64,000 nt of DNA from an uncultured bacterium (GCA_963716985.1 OY970323.1:408611-472610), one strand, 5' to 3'; positions 49,727-63,349 are shown, numbered from the stretch's first letter. Notes: generated by a model from the letters alone, not told the origin. A program made the numbers and translations.

Positions 49727-50938
49727 ATGCAGAAGCAAATTTCTCTCTGGCTTGTTTTGTTTGTCGTCTTTTTGGATGAAATGGGCGTGGGACTTGTCTA
49801 TCCCATGTTTTCTTCGATGGTTTTTCATCCCGCGGGACCTCTTGGCCTCGCGGGTGCTCCGGACGTTGTCAAAGGCATCTATTTGGGGTTTCTTTTGGCA
49901 GCATTGCCGATCGTGGCTTTTTTCAGCGGACCTGTTCTTGGCTCTTTATCGGATCAAAAGGGAAGAAAACCTTTGTATCTTTTGAGCCTCTCCTTGGCGA
50001 TTTTAGGATATGCCTTTTCTATTTTCGGTGTTTGGGCCAAAAGTATTTTCATCCTGATCGCGGCTCGATGCGTGATTGGCATTGCGGCGGGCAATGCGGG
50101 AGTGGTGAGCGCAACGATTGCTGATTTGAGCGGGCCTGCGAACAAAGCAAAAAATTTCGGCCTTTTTTCCATGGCAGCCGGGGTCGGATTTATGATCGGC
50201 CCGGTTCTTGGAGGCGTTCTTTCGAAAACCACCTTTGTTCTGCCTTTTGTAATGGCAGGGATTGCCTCTTTAGCGAATCTGCTCCTTATCTTCTTTTTTT
50301 TTCGAGAGACACATCTTGTCCGCAGCGCTGCCGTCATCCGATACTCGGAGGGTATTCGCTCGATCCGAAAAGCCTTTCGTCTTGCGGATTTGAAATACAT
50401 TTTTTTTGCGGTCATCTGTTTTTGTTTTGGGTGGTCCTTCTTTTATGAATTTCTTCCCGTAGCCTGGATTGGCGATTATGGATTCGATGCAAAGCGCGTG
50501 GGTATTTTCTTTGCTTATGGCGCTGGATTTTATGCCCTAAGTTCGGGAGTGCTGATCCGTCCCTTCCAAAAATGGTTTCGACCCCATTCCCTGGTTTTTT
50601 ATTCGATCGCCCTTCTTGGGTGCGTGATTTTGGCCCTTCTCTTTTTCCATAAAGCTTTCTGGATCTGGATCTACCTGCCCATTGTGAATTTTCTCATAGC
50701 TCTGGCCTATCCCACCTATGCAGCGATCGTGTCCGACTCTGTCGATGAAAATTCCCAAGGAGAGATTTTGGGAATTTTGCAATCGATTCAAATGCTTGCC
50801 TTTGGCATCAGTCCTCTTTTTGGAGGAGGGGCACTTGGAATTCATCCTCATAGTCCGATGCTTTTGGGCGGAGGATTCATGACGATAGGGGCATGCATCC
50901 TTGGTATTTTTCTTCGAAAAAAAATCTTCAAAAATTGA
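49727..50938 (+). CDS. MFS transporter (drug/H+ antiporter-like)
   Basis: 403 aa with 12 hydrophobic segments and the LSDQKGRKP loop motif. Confidence 0.75.
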   Translation: MQKQISLWLVLFVVFLDEMGVGLVYPMFSSMVFHPAGPLGLAGAPDVVKGIYLGFLLAALPIVAFFSGPVLGSLSDQKGRKPLYLLSLSLAILGYAFSIFGVWAKSIFILIAARCVIGIAAGNAGVVSATIADLSGPANKAKNFGLFSMAAGVGFMIGPVLGGVLSKTTFVLPFVMAGIASLANLLLIFFFFRETHLVRSAAVIRYSEGIRSIRKAFRLADLKYIFFAVICFCFGWSFFYEFLPVAWIGDYGFDAKRVGIFFAYGAGFYALSSGVLIRPFQKWFRPHSLVFYSIALLGCVILALLFFHKAFWIWIYLPIVNFLIALAYPTYAAIVSDSVDENSQGEILGILQSIQMLAFGISPLFGGGALGIHPHSPMLLGGGFMTIGACILGIFLRKKIFKN

Positions 50939-50983
50939 GGCAGAGCCGCTTTTCCTTATTTTTTGACCGTTTCTTCGGAAAAA

Positions 50984-51706
50984 CTATTTTTCAAAAAAAG
51001 GTTTTAGAAGTTTTGCGACAAGCTCCGTTTTCGGGTGTTGCAACACTTCTTGCAAAGGTCCGATTTGCCCCATATTTCCGTCAGCTAAAATGGCAAGCCT
51101 ATCGGCAAAAAAAAGCGCTTCTTCACGATTGTGGGTGACGAAAATGACGGGTATCCGGATCTTTTGAAAAAGATCTTTCAGCTGCACAGCTACGTCAAAT
51201 TTCGTGATAGGATCTACGTTGGAAAGGGGCTCGTCTAAAAGCAAAAGATGCGGTTGGATGGCAAGAGCCCGTGCGAGCGCTACGCGTTGTTTTTCTCCGC
51301 CGGAAAGCTCTTGCATGCGTCTCTCTTCAAAGCCGGGCAAGTTGGCGAGGTGAAGCATTTGCGTTGCGATGGCGCGTCTTTCTTTTTTGCAGATTCCTCG
51401 CGCACGAAGGCCGAATGAAACATTTTCTTGCACATTCATGTGAGGAAAAAGAGCGTAATCTTGCGGGACATAGCCGATGTTTCTGGCTTCAATCGGAAGA
51501 AGCGTGATGTTGCGGTTTTCTAACACGATTTGTCCTTCGATGGGTTTGAGTATTCCCAATATGGCGAGAAGAAGCGTCGTTTTTCCGCCTCCTGAAGATC
51601 CCATGATGACAAGCGTTTCCTTGGGTTGGGCGGCAAAAGAGCAGTTTTTTAAAACAATTTTGCTTCCATATCCTACTGTCAGATTGTTGATTTGCAAACA
51701 GCCCAT
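50984..51706 (-). CDS. ABC transporter ATP-binding protein
   Basis: Walker A GSSGGGKTTLL, signature LSGGEKQRVALARAL and Walker B LLLDEP. The ATG at 51706 is preferred over 51736. Confidence 0.8.
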   Translation of the reverse strand: MGCLQINNLTVGYGSKIVLKNCSFAAQPKETLVIMGSSGGGKTTLLLAILGILKPIEGQIVLENRNITLLPIEARNIGYVPQDYALFPHMNVQENVSFGLRARGICKKERRAIATQMLHLANLPGFEERRMQELSGGEKQRVALARALAIQPHLLLLDEPLSNVDPITKFDVAVQLKDLFQKIRIPVIFVTHNREEALFFADRLAILADGNMGQIGPLQEVLQHPKTELVAKLLKPFFEK

Positions 51707-51707
51707 A

Positions 51708-52487
51708 TCAATCTTTTGAAAAAATTTTGAAAGCAATAATCGCCAAGGTAGACGCCGAAGTGGCTAAAATGGTTGCGCCAAGGGCGCTGAAGGTCAAAGT
51801 TTGCGCTTGCAGGCCAATGAATGTGGGTATGGTCTCTGTTTGATAGGGAATGACTCCTGCAAAAATGAGACTGCCTCCAAGCTCGCCCATGGCCCTTGAC
51901 CAGCAGAGAGAAAGCCCGGCCGCAAGATCTTTGATGCTTAAAGGAAGAAAAATCATGCGGAAAACCTGAAAAGAGTTGGCCCCGAGCGTTCGTGCCGTCA
52001 CATTCATGCCCGTTTGATGGATTTCCCGAAACCGTCTCGAAGACATGGAGACTAGGAAGGGCGCACTGACATAAGTTTTTGCTATGACAAGAGCGGTAAA
52101 GGTGAAGGAAAGGTTGACGTGAAAAGGGGAGTTAGGCCCCAGCATGAGATAGTAGATGATCCCTTCTGCAACAGGGGGGAATGTCTGCGGCACTTCGATA
52201 GCAAGGGTTTCCATAAGAGCTTTGCCGGGAAATTCTTTCAAAGCGAAAAGATAGCCCAAGGGTATGGCCAGGATTAAGGCGAATAGAAGCGTCACAAAAG
52301 AGGAAGAAATGCTGATCCACAAAGCGGCCAAAATGCGATGATCTTTCCAGGAAGCGACAACCTCCTTAAAAGAACCTAAAGCGGCGATGTATTGATAGAC
52401 AAAAGTAAAAACGAGCCATCCCAGCAAAATCAAAGCGAGGAAGTAGAGGATAAAAACCAGATATCTGGTATCGAATCTCTTCGCCAT
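51708..52487 (-). CDS. ABC transporter permease (binding-protein-dependent, CysTW/ModB-like)
   Basis: 259 aa with 6 hydrophobic segments and an EAA-like loop (ARTLGANSFQVFRMIFLPL). Confidence 0.75.
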   Translation of the reverse strand: MAKRFDTRYLVFILYFLALILLGWLVFTFVYQYIAALGSFKEVVASWKDHRILAALWISISSSFVTLLFALILAIPLGYLFALKEFPGKALMETLAIEVPQTFPPVAEGIIYYLMLGPNSPFHVNLSFTFTALVIAKTYVSAPFLVSMSSRRFREIHQTGMNVTARTLGANSFQVFRMIFLPLSIKDLAAGLSLCWSRAMGELGGSLIFAGVIPYQTETIPTFIGLQAQTLTFSALGATILATSASTLAIIAFKIFSKD

Positions 52488-52488
52488 C

Positions 52489-53133
52489 TTAGGGTTCGTT
52501 CGGGAACTGCTTTGATAGACCGTTGGAAAGCGTATCGGCCATCATCAGAGCTTGATCGAAGATTGAGTCAAAGTTGGCCATATCTTCCTGCCATTTTTTT
52601 TTGATTCGAAAAGAGGCTTCTTTCGCTGTGAGCTCCAAATGCTTATTGAGCATCGAAAGCAGATCGTTTTTTGCAAGATAGGGATTGGCGTTGCTTAAAA
52701 AACTTGCAATGGCATCGGCATTTTCATGCCATTTTTTATCGGCCCATTCTCTGTCTTTTTGATTTTGCGCAATCATTGCCTGCGTAAGATCGGCCGCGAT
52801 CGAAATATGCTCTTTCAAAAGATTTGTAAGAGCCATCGCGGCATCTTTTCCATAATAGGGAACCAGAGTATTGCCGATATCTTCCTGATTTTTCATGAGA
52901 CGATTTGCCGCAATCGGTGCATCGGGGCTTTGAAAGACTGCTGCGACGATATACTGGCGCGTCCAAATCACGTGATCCGACCAGAGTTTCCTCATGGCTT
53001 GACTCAGATATTCCGTTTTTTTGGTTTCTCGGGGAGTATGTTTTGTTTTCATCAAATGTTCGCTTGCGTCTGCAAAGCCAAAGGAACATTGCAAGAAAAA
53101 AATAGACAAGAAAATCATTGTCTTTCTCATAGG
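52489..53133 (-). CDS. secreted helical protein, unknown function
   Basis: Signal peptide MRKTMIFLSIFFLQCSFGFA. All-helical composition with an internal two-fold repeat. Adjacent to the ABC genes, but I do not recognise it as a solute-binding protein. Confidence 0.5.
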   Translation of the reverse strand, partial: PMRKTMIFLSIFFLQCSFGFADASEHLMKTKHTPRETKKTEYLSQAMRKLWSDHVIWTRQYIVAAVFQSPDAPIAANRLMKNQEDIGNTLVPYYGKDAAMALTNLLKEHISIAADLTQAMIAQNQKDREWADKKWHENADAIASFLSNANPYLAKNDLLSMLNKHLELTAKEASFRIKKKWQEDMANFDSIFDQALMMADTLSNGLSKQFPNEP

Positions 53134-53516
53134 GAATCTCCTTTCCGGGTCCAATTTTAGAGATAAGGAATTTTTCTTTTAAATGCACCAAAAAATTATG
53201 CGCAAAAGTGCGCGGGGAGGATGTCATTATGGAGGATGAGAGAAATTTTTACGGGGAGAAGAAAAGTGATTTTTTCACCTATTCAATCGGTGTTCTCTTC
53301 GCGCCTTATCCCTGCTTTTGAAGAGCCCATTTTTGAAGTGGTTTTCTTAAGAATCCTTTTGTTCGTTTGGGAATCAAAGCGGGCTATACGAGAAAGTTTC
53401 CCTGACAAAAAGGAAAATAATTCGAAAAATGATTGATAGAAATTCTCGAAATTTCGTATGTTCTTTATTTCTCTTAGGAGAAAAAGAGCAGCAAGACTGC
53501 TTATGCGTTTTTGACA

Positions 53517-53546
53517 GTGGAAGAGAAGAGACGAAAGTGAAGTTTG
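53517..53546 (+). other. 16S rRNA processing-stem 5' arm (pairs with 55206-55235)
   Basis: GTGGAAGAGAAGAGACGAAAGTGAAGTTTG is largely complementary to CAAACTTTCTTCTCGTCTCTTCCCTTCCAT in the spacer. The two arms bracket the 16S gene. Confidence 0.6.
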
Positions 53547-53602
53547 TGTGAGAAGAGAGGGAACTCTCTTCTCCGTCAAAAAGTTTAAATAAAGATCTTA
53601 TT

Positions 53603-55157
<1,555 letters not shown>

Positions 55158-55251
55158 AGGACGAAATGGATAGACCCACGTTTATCCAGATCCTAGGTTG
55201 GGATGCAAACTTTCTTCTCGTCTCTTCCCTTCCATTGTCAAAAGAAGCCAA

Positions 55252-55324
55252 GGGGGCTTAGCTTAGTTGGTAGAGCGTCTGATTTGCATTCAGAAGGTCA
55301 GGAGTTCGAATCTCCTAGCCTCCA
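55252..55324 (+). tRNA. tRNA-Ala (UGC)
   Basis: 73 nt with a G3:U70 pair in the acceptor stem (GGGGGCT/AGCCTCC) and anticodon loop TTTGCAT. Confidence 0.9.
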
Positions 55325-55328
55325 AAGA

Positions 55329-55402
55329 GCGGTTGTAGCTCAGCTGGTTAGAGCGCGACACTGATAATGTCGAGGTCCCAAGTTCAAATCTTGGTAACCG
55401 CA
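55329..55402 (+). tRNA. tRNA-Ile (GAU)
   Basis: 74 nt with anticodon stem-loop CGACA-CTGATAA-TGTCG and T-arm CAAGTTCAAATCTTG. Confidence 0.9.
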
Positions 55403-55499
55403 ATTTCCCTTGCTTTATGCAAGGGTTTGTCATCTTGAAAGTCGAATGATCAGCAAGAATAGAAACAAAACAAAGCAAAGCAAAGTTTAAGAATAAAAG

Positions 55500-55540
55500 T
55501 TCATTGAACCGAGCTGGTGTTTGAGACGGCGAAAAAGTAA
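55500..55540 (+). other. 23S rRNA processing-stem 5' arm (pairs with 58484-58524)
   Basis: TTCATTGAACCGAGCTGGTGTTTGAGACGGCGAAAAAGTAA compared with the reverse complement of TTATTTTTTTAACGGCTCAAACACCAACTTGATTCAATGAA shows about 40 nt of near-continuous complementarity. Confidence 0.6.
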
Positions 55541-58483
<2,943 letters not shown>

Positions 58484-58528
58484 TTATTTTTTTAACGGCT
58501 CAAACACCAACTTGATTCAATGAAAAAG

Positions 58529-58645
58529 CTTTGCTGGTGGTCATGGAAAGAGGGAAACACCTGAACCCATTTCGAACTCAGAAGTTAAGCCTTTTTTCGC
58601 CGATGGTACTATGCACAAGAGTATGGGAGAGTAGGTCGCTGCCAG
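58529..58645 (+). rRNA. rrf: 5S ribosomal RNA
   Basis: CACCTGAACCCATTTCGAACTCAGAAGTTAAGC core. The ends are approximate, within a few nt. Confidence 0.85.
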
Positions 58646-58658
58646 TTTTTTAATATAT

Positions 58659-58690
58659 GCCCGAGGAAGAACTCCTCGGGCTTTTTTTTT
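58659..58690 (+). terminator. rho-independent terminator of the rRNA operon
   Basis: A 9-bp GC-rich stem GCCCGAGGA/TCCTCGGGC with a 5-nt loop, followed by T9. Confidence 0.8.
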
Positions 58691-59009
58691 GGCTTGATTC
58701 TTTTAGAGTTTTTTGCCTCTTAATTTCGCGTAATGCGCAGAATGTCAACTATTTACAGCATGATTTTTCTGAGAACATGGCGGCCTTGTTCACTTCGAGA
58801 GGGAAAACTTTCGATCAGTGGATGACACAAGTCAGCAAAGTCGCCCTCATCATTGAAAAACAAAGTCAGTTGCATTAACAACTGACCGAAGAAGTGAACA
58901 TGGCCAACATGGCTCTTTGCAAAACCCTTGCGAGAGTCTTTCGAGGAACATTTTTTTTAAATGCTTTAATATTTGCAATCTAGCAACTGCAATAAAGAGT
59001 ATTTTTTTA

Positions 59010-59038
59010 TTGACAAATAGTATAATTTAGTTTAAAAT
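59010..59038 (+). promoter_or_regulatory. promoter candidate TTGACA-17-TAAAAT upstream of the split orphan gene
   Basis: Hexamers at 59010-59015 and 59033-59038 in an AT-rich region, about 50 nt before the ATG at 59087. Confidence 0.35.
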
Positions 59039-59086
59039 GTAATAAAACTTAATTAATAAGCGTCATTTAATAATAATGGGTTTTTT

Positions 59087-59409
59087 ATGACAAGTGAAGC
59101 AAGCATTTCTATGACATCTCATCGAGTGCCGACGCCTCCTCCTGTTCGGGTTCCTTCGCCCCCACCGCTCAAAGAGATGGATTCAAGCTACAACATTGAA
59201 ATAAAAGCGGCTGTCCACGATAGAGAAAGCGGGCATTTCTTTGCTTTAAAACTGCAAAACCTATTTGCCGACTGGGTAAAAACGCACAAAGAGGTTCCCC
59301 CTGACAGGCAATATGAAATGTTTCAATCGAATAATATTGAGATTATCAGGAAATATAAAGCAGATCCTGAGAAGAGTTATGAATTAATTGACCCTGCGGA
59401 GCTGCCCCA
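59087..59409 (+). pseudogene. proline-rich orphan gene, 5' part (disrupted by IS insertion)
   Basis: MTSEASISMTSHRVPTPPPVRVPSPPPLKE.... The frame continues at 61331 when the IS and one TSD copy are removed. Confidence 0.75.
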
Positions 59410-59576
59410 TGGGGTGTGACAAACAATCAGAAGACGTCCAACAATGGCCCAAGAGAGCCGTAGTACTACCCCCCTATTTTTTGTCCAACTTTACTACACA
59501 AACCTTTCAATAAAATCTTGACTTCACAACAACAAAACCGTCACAATGTTTAGTCATTTTTCCCGATAGGATAAAA

Positions 59577-59942
59577 ATGAAGAAAGAACGGCCTGGTGAA
59601 TTGCACCAGAAAATCAAGCGGCTACGAACATCCAGAGATGCGCTGAAGCATCACAATTATGAAAAAACCCAGCAGAACAAAAAACTTCGCGACAGGAATG
59701 TAGAGATTGCTGAAAGTCGCGATCATTGGAAAGATCGTAATAAAGAGCTTGACCAGCAAAAGGAAGGCCTGGAGCAACAAATACAAGTTGCGCAGGAGAG
59801 ATTACTGGAGGCTCAAGAGAAGATACAGACTGCAAAGAAAGAGATAGAGCGCGAGCGAATACGAGCTGATGAGGAACGCAGGCGCGCAGATCAACTCCAA
59901 ACTGAAATTGAAGCAGCTCGAAAAAAAAAACAGGGGTCTTGA
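59577..59942 (+). CDS. IS-encoded coiled-coil N-terminal ORF (upstream frame of the transposase)
   Basis: Highly charged heptad-like sequence (KELDQQKEGLEQQIQVAQERLLEAQEKIQTAKKEIERERIRADEE). It ends just after the A10 run at 59921-59930. Confidence 0.6.
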   Translation: MKKERPGELHQKIKRLRTSRDALKHHNYEKTQQNKKLRDRNVEIAESRDHWKDRNKELDQQKEGLEQQIQVAQERLLEAQEKIQTAKKEIERERIRADEERRRADQLQTEIEAARKKKQGS

Positions 59943-61293
59943 AAATTTGATTCCAAAGATGGGAGAGAAAGCCCCGCGTGGTTGGTATCCCATCTTGATG
60001 ATCATCATGTGCATTAGGCTAGTGCTCCAAGCTACTATTTCATTTCGCGCAGCTCCTAAGGCGATTCATATTGCATTTTCTCAATTCGATGCTGTCAAAG
60101 ATCAACCGATTCCAACATACAAAAGCATCAGCAGATGGCTAACGCAGATAGGTCTCTATAAGTTGAATTGCCCGAAAGAACAAGCAAATGACTGGGCACT
60201 AGTCATTGACAATTCAGTCCAAATTGGTACTCAAAAATGTCTTGTAATTTTAGGAATGCGTCTGAGTAAGTTTCAGAAGGGAAAAGCACTAACTCTCGAG
60301 GACATGGAAGTACTGATTATAGAGCTCCATGATCAGTCCAACGCGAATATTGTCTGCAGGGCATTGGAGAATGCACAGAAAAAAATTGGAAAGGCTGCTA
60401 TGGTATGCGCTGATGATGGTTCAGATCTCCGAGGCGGAATTGAACTGTTTTGTCAGAAGCATGGTGCTGGCCGCGTTTTTGACACTATTCATAAAATTGG
60501 CACTTTTTTAAAAAAGATTTTCGAGGATGATTCGGAATGGCAAGCTTTTTCAACAGCTGCGGCAGCTGCCAAGAATAAGATGCAGCAAACACAGGCAGCT
60601 CATCTCATGCCACCCAACCAAAGGACGAAGTCTCGATTCCTCAATATCGAGATTCTTGCGCGATGGGGAATTGACATTATGGTTGCCATAGATACGCCGA
60701 ACCATCCTGACAAGGATCTGCTCGAACAATACTGTGGCTGGATTCGTCAATATACAGGGCTCATTGAAAGATTGAAACAATTTGACCTCATCAGTCGGAA
60801 AACTAGACAGTATATCCGCGAGAATGGAGTGAGTTTTAGCACAGGAGAGCAGATAGATGCATTTTTGGAAGAGGAAATGAAGTCCTTAAATTTTAATGCA
60901 GAAGCATGCGAATACGCTGGAGCGCTGATAGATTTCTTCTACGAACAGTCGAAAGTCGTCCCTTTTGGACAAACCTGGCTTGGTTCAAGCGAAATCATAG
61001 AATCTCTATTTGGAAAATTGAAAAGTCTCGAGAATGACCAAAGCAAGGGAGGCTTCACGCCGCTTATTCTGGGAGTAGCTGCGTGCGTCGGTAAAGTGGA
61101 TATTGCTTTGGTGAAGGCAGCCATGACACATATAAAGATAAGTGATGTCGACACGTGGACAAGAGAACAGGTCGGATCGACGCTACTTTCCAGAAGAAGG
61201 AAAGCTTTGGCGTTCTGGAGAAAAAAGAATTTTCAAAAAAATATTGTACACGAATCGGCTGGAGCCGTCAGGAGCGAAGCGATTGGTTTTTAG
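59929..61293 (+). CDS. putative DDE transposase body (+1 frame relative to 59577 ORF; frameshifted or slippage-dependent)
   Basis: Candidate acidic triad contexts are ALVIDNSVQIG, MVCADDGSDLRGG and SSEIIESLFGKLK. The frame is open from 59869 and the stop is 15 nt before IRR. Confidence 0.6.
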   Translation, partial: NRGLENLIPKMGEKAPRGWYPILMIIMCIRLVLQATISFRAAPKAIHIAFSQFDAVKDQPIPTYKSISRWLTQIGLYKLNCPKEQANDWALVIDNSVQIGTQKCLVILGMRLSKFQKGKALTLEDMEVLIIELHDQSNANIVCRALENAQKKIGKAAMVCADDGSDLRGGIELFCQKHGAGRVFDTIHKIGTFLKKIFEDDSEWQAFSTAAAAAKNKMQQTQAAHLMPPNQRTKSRFLNIEILARWGIDIMVAIDTPNHPDKDLLEQYCGWIRQYTGLIERLKQFDLISRKTRQYIRENGVSFSTGEQIDAFLEEEMKSLNFNAEACEYAGALIDFFYEQSKVVPFGQTWLGSSEIIESLFGKLKSLENDQSKGGFTPLILGVAACVGKVDIALVKAAMTHIKISDVDTWTREQVGSTLLSRRRKALAFWRKKNFQKNIVHESAGAVRSEAIGF

Positions 61294-61330
61294 TGGTCAA
61301 CTATCAATTTGTCACACCCCAGCTGCCCCA

Positions 61331-62006
61331 GTATAGAGCATTCATTGACAGTGATGCAATTCTTCCTTTTGAAAATCCGGGAAGGGGGCCCATTCGTCTG
61401 ATGGATGAGAAAAAACCGCTACTTTTTGTCATAAGATATAATCCTGATAGCCGGGAGCTGGAATTGTTTGTCTCCCCAAACCCAAGACATACGCACGCTA
61501 GCTTTCTGCTCGGGAAGCCCGTTGCTGCTGCCGGAGAGTTTTACAGCAGAGAGGGAAGGATTGTAAAAGTCAACAATCAAAGCGGCCACTATCGGCCAGA
61601 AGATCCGCAAACCGTCACGATTATCGAATTCATGAAACAATTTCATTTAACAACTCCCGTGATGTTGGAAAAGATTGAAAGAGGCGCATTTTGCAAAGGT
61701 AAGGTAGTCTATTCCTGTCTCTCGCTTTCTCCAGAAATGATTCTTAAGTCTACAATAGAGGTTAGAGTAGGAAAAATTCCTGAAATATTGTTGAAGAACT
61801 CTGATTTTCAAAAATATTACTCTAGAGAAAGGCACAAGATGCCAGAAGCGGAATTGCAACAGTTTCGTAAAAATTTTTTGGCTTCGGATGAATGGGAAAA
61901 AGTGCAGACGAGCCTTTCCATTACTCCGGAAGAATATATGAAGCGAAGATTTGCGCTGATCTCGTTTGCAAGCCTGTGCTGGAATGCAAATGTGAGATTG
62001 TTCTGA
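61331..62006 (+). pseudogene. proline-rich orphan gene, 3' part
   Basis: (Q)YRAFIDSDAILPFENPGRGPIRLMDEKK...; the junction Gln codon is completed by CA at 59408-59409. The track ORF start at 61155 lies inside the IS and is an artefact. The reconstructed product is about 332 aa. Confidence 0.75.
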
Positions 62007-62179
62007 AGATGGTTGCAAAAAAAGGGAATCGTCTGCTTTTCCCGCAGTCTTGATTATGCCTGCTTTCTAAGTGGGCATCGGCGCGCATGTTGATTAAGAT
62101 GATTGGATTGCAGGCATAGAGCATATCCGTATTGCTGTGCGAGATCGAAACGGCCAACCAATTGAAACAGGGCCCTATA

Positions 62180-63349
62180 CTACCCTAGCACAAGAGGTCT
62201 TAAATATTCGACGAGCTCTCTATTTCCGCTTCTTTCTGCTGAGCCGAGGACTGTATGCCCCAATCGGCAAACTGCTTTGGGGTCTACATGGTACACGTTT
62301 ATTAGAAATACAACGAGCTTCATATTTCCGCTTTCAGCTGCATAGAATAGGATTGTGCGGCCAAGCGAGTCGACTGCATTGGGGTTTGCCCCATACACGT
62401 TTATTAGATATCCAACGAGCCCTATATTTCCGTTTTGAGCTGCTGCGAATAGGATTGTATTACCGGCATAATCGACTGCCTTTGGATTTTCTCCTTGACT
62501 TATGAGGTTCTCAACGAGCTTTCTATTTCCGCTTCGAGCTGCATAGAATAGGATTGTCTGACCAAACAGGTCGGCTGCCTTTGGGTCTGCCTGATACACT
62601 TTTATTAGATATGTAACGAGCTCTATATCTCCGCTTGCGGCTGCTGCGTGTAGGATTGTCTGCTCGATCTGGTCGACTGCCTCTGGGTGTAGCTTATATA
62701 CGTTTATTAGAAATGCAACGAGCTCTTTATTTCCGCTTCGAGCTGCTGCGTGTAGGATTGTCTGGCCGATCTGGTCGACTGCCTTTGGGTCTGCCTGGCA
62801 CACGTTTATTAGATATGTAACGAGCGCTACATCTCCGCTTCGAGCTGCTGCGTGTAGGATTGTGTGGCCAAGCTGGTCGACTGCCTTTGGGTCTGCCTGA
62901 TACACTTTTATTAGATATGTAACGAGCTCTATATCTCCGCTTCGAGCTGCATAGAATAGGATTGTGCGGCCAAGCTGGTCGGCTGCCTTTGGGTCTGCCT
63001 GGCACACGTTTATTAGATATGTAACGAGCTCTATATCTCCGCTTGCAGCTGCGTGTAGAACTGTAATGCCATCTTGTTGAGTGTGATTAATTTTAGCGCG
63101 CAGTTCCTCGGGATGTTTCTTCATTAAAAATAAAGCGAGTCGTGGATTGTCTTTATCTTGAATCGCTTTTAGAAATTCCTCTTGCGACCCCATAAAATCA
63201 CGGAACGCAGTGATGATTGGTTGTATTTCTTTTTTCAGGTCCAATGGAATTGTAGAAGCAGAAGGAGCTTCAGCCAGGACTTTCTGAAGTTTCTCAGTCC
63301 CCAACAAATTATAAACACACAGTTCTCTTAAAGAAGAATTAACAGACAT
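62180..63349 (-). CDS. ankyrin-repeat protein (about 10 tandem 33-aa repeats)
   Basis: Repeats of the form G.TILHAAARSGD.ELVTYLINVYQADPKAVDQ. The ATG at 63349 has a GAGG RBS. The track start at 63361 is a TTG. Confidence 0.85.
   Translation of the reverse strand: MSVNSSLRELCVYNLLGTEKLQKVLAEAPSASTIPLDLKKEIQPIITAFRDFMGSQEEFLKAIQDKDNPRLALFLMKKHPEELRAKINHTQQDGITVLHAAASGDIELVTYLINVCQADPKAADQLGRTILFYAARSGDIELVTYLIKVYQADPKAVDQLGHTILHAAARSGDVALVTYLINVCQADPKAVDQIGQTILHAAARSGNKELVAFLINVYKLHPEAVDQIEQTILHAAAASGDIELVTYLIKVYQADPKAADLFGQTILFYAARSGNRKLVENLISQGENPKAVDYAGNTILFAAAQNGNIGLVGYLINVYGANPNAVDSLGRTILFYAAESGNMKLVVFLINVYHVDPKAVCRLGHTVLGSAERSGNRELVEYLRPLVLG

Larger units (their letters stand above)
59410..61321 (+). 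mobile_element. 1912-bp insertion sequence with 14-bp terminal inverted repeats and 9-bp target-site duplication (family unassigned)
   Basis: IRL is TGGGGTGTGACAAA (59410-59423) and IRR is TTTGTCACACCCCA (61308-61321). The direct repeat GCTGCCCCA sits at 59401-59409 and 61322-61330. Confidence 0.85.

Noticed and set aside
53433-53516. rRNA promoter candidates (TTGATA-18-TATGTT at 53433-53462; TTGACA at 53511).
   Set aside because: The first has weak hexamers and spacing. The second has no acceptable -10 at 17 nt. Neither is convincing enough to report as a feature.
62137-63005. Repeat array that could be mistaken for a CRISPR or tandem non-coding repeat, plus the ORFs 62137-62505, 62635-62820 and 62727-63005.
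   Set aside because: The 99-bp period corresponds to 33-aa ankyrin repeats in one long minus-strand ORF. There are no unique spacers and no cas genes. The other ORFs are alternate-frame or antisense echoes.
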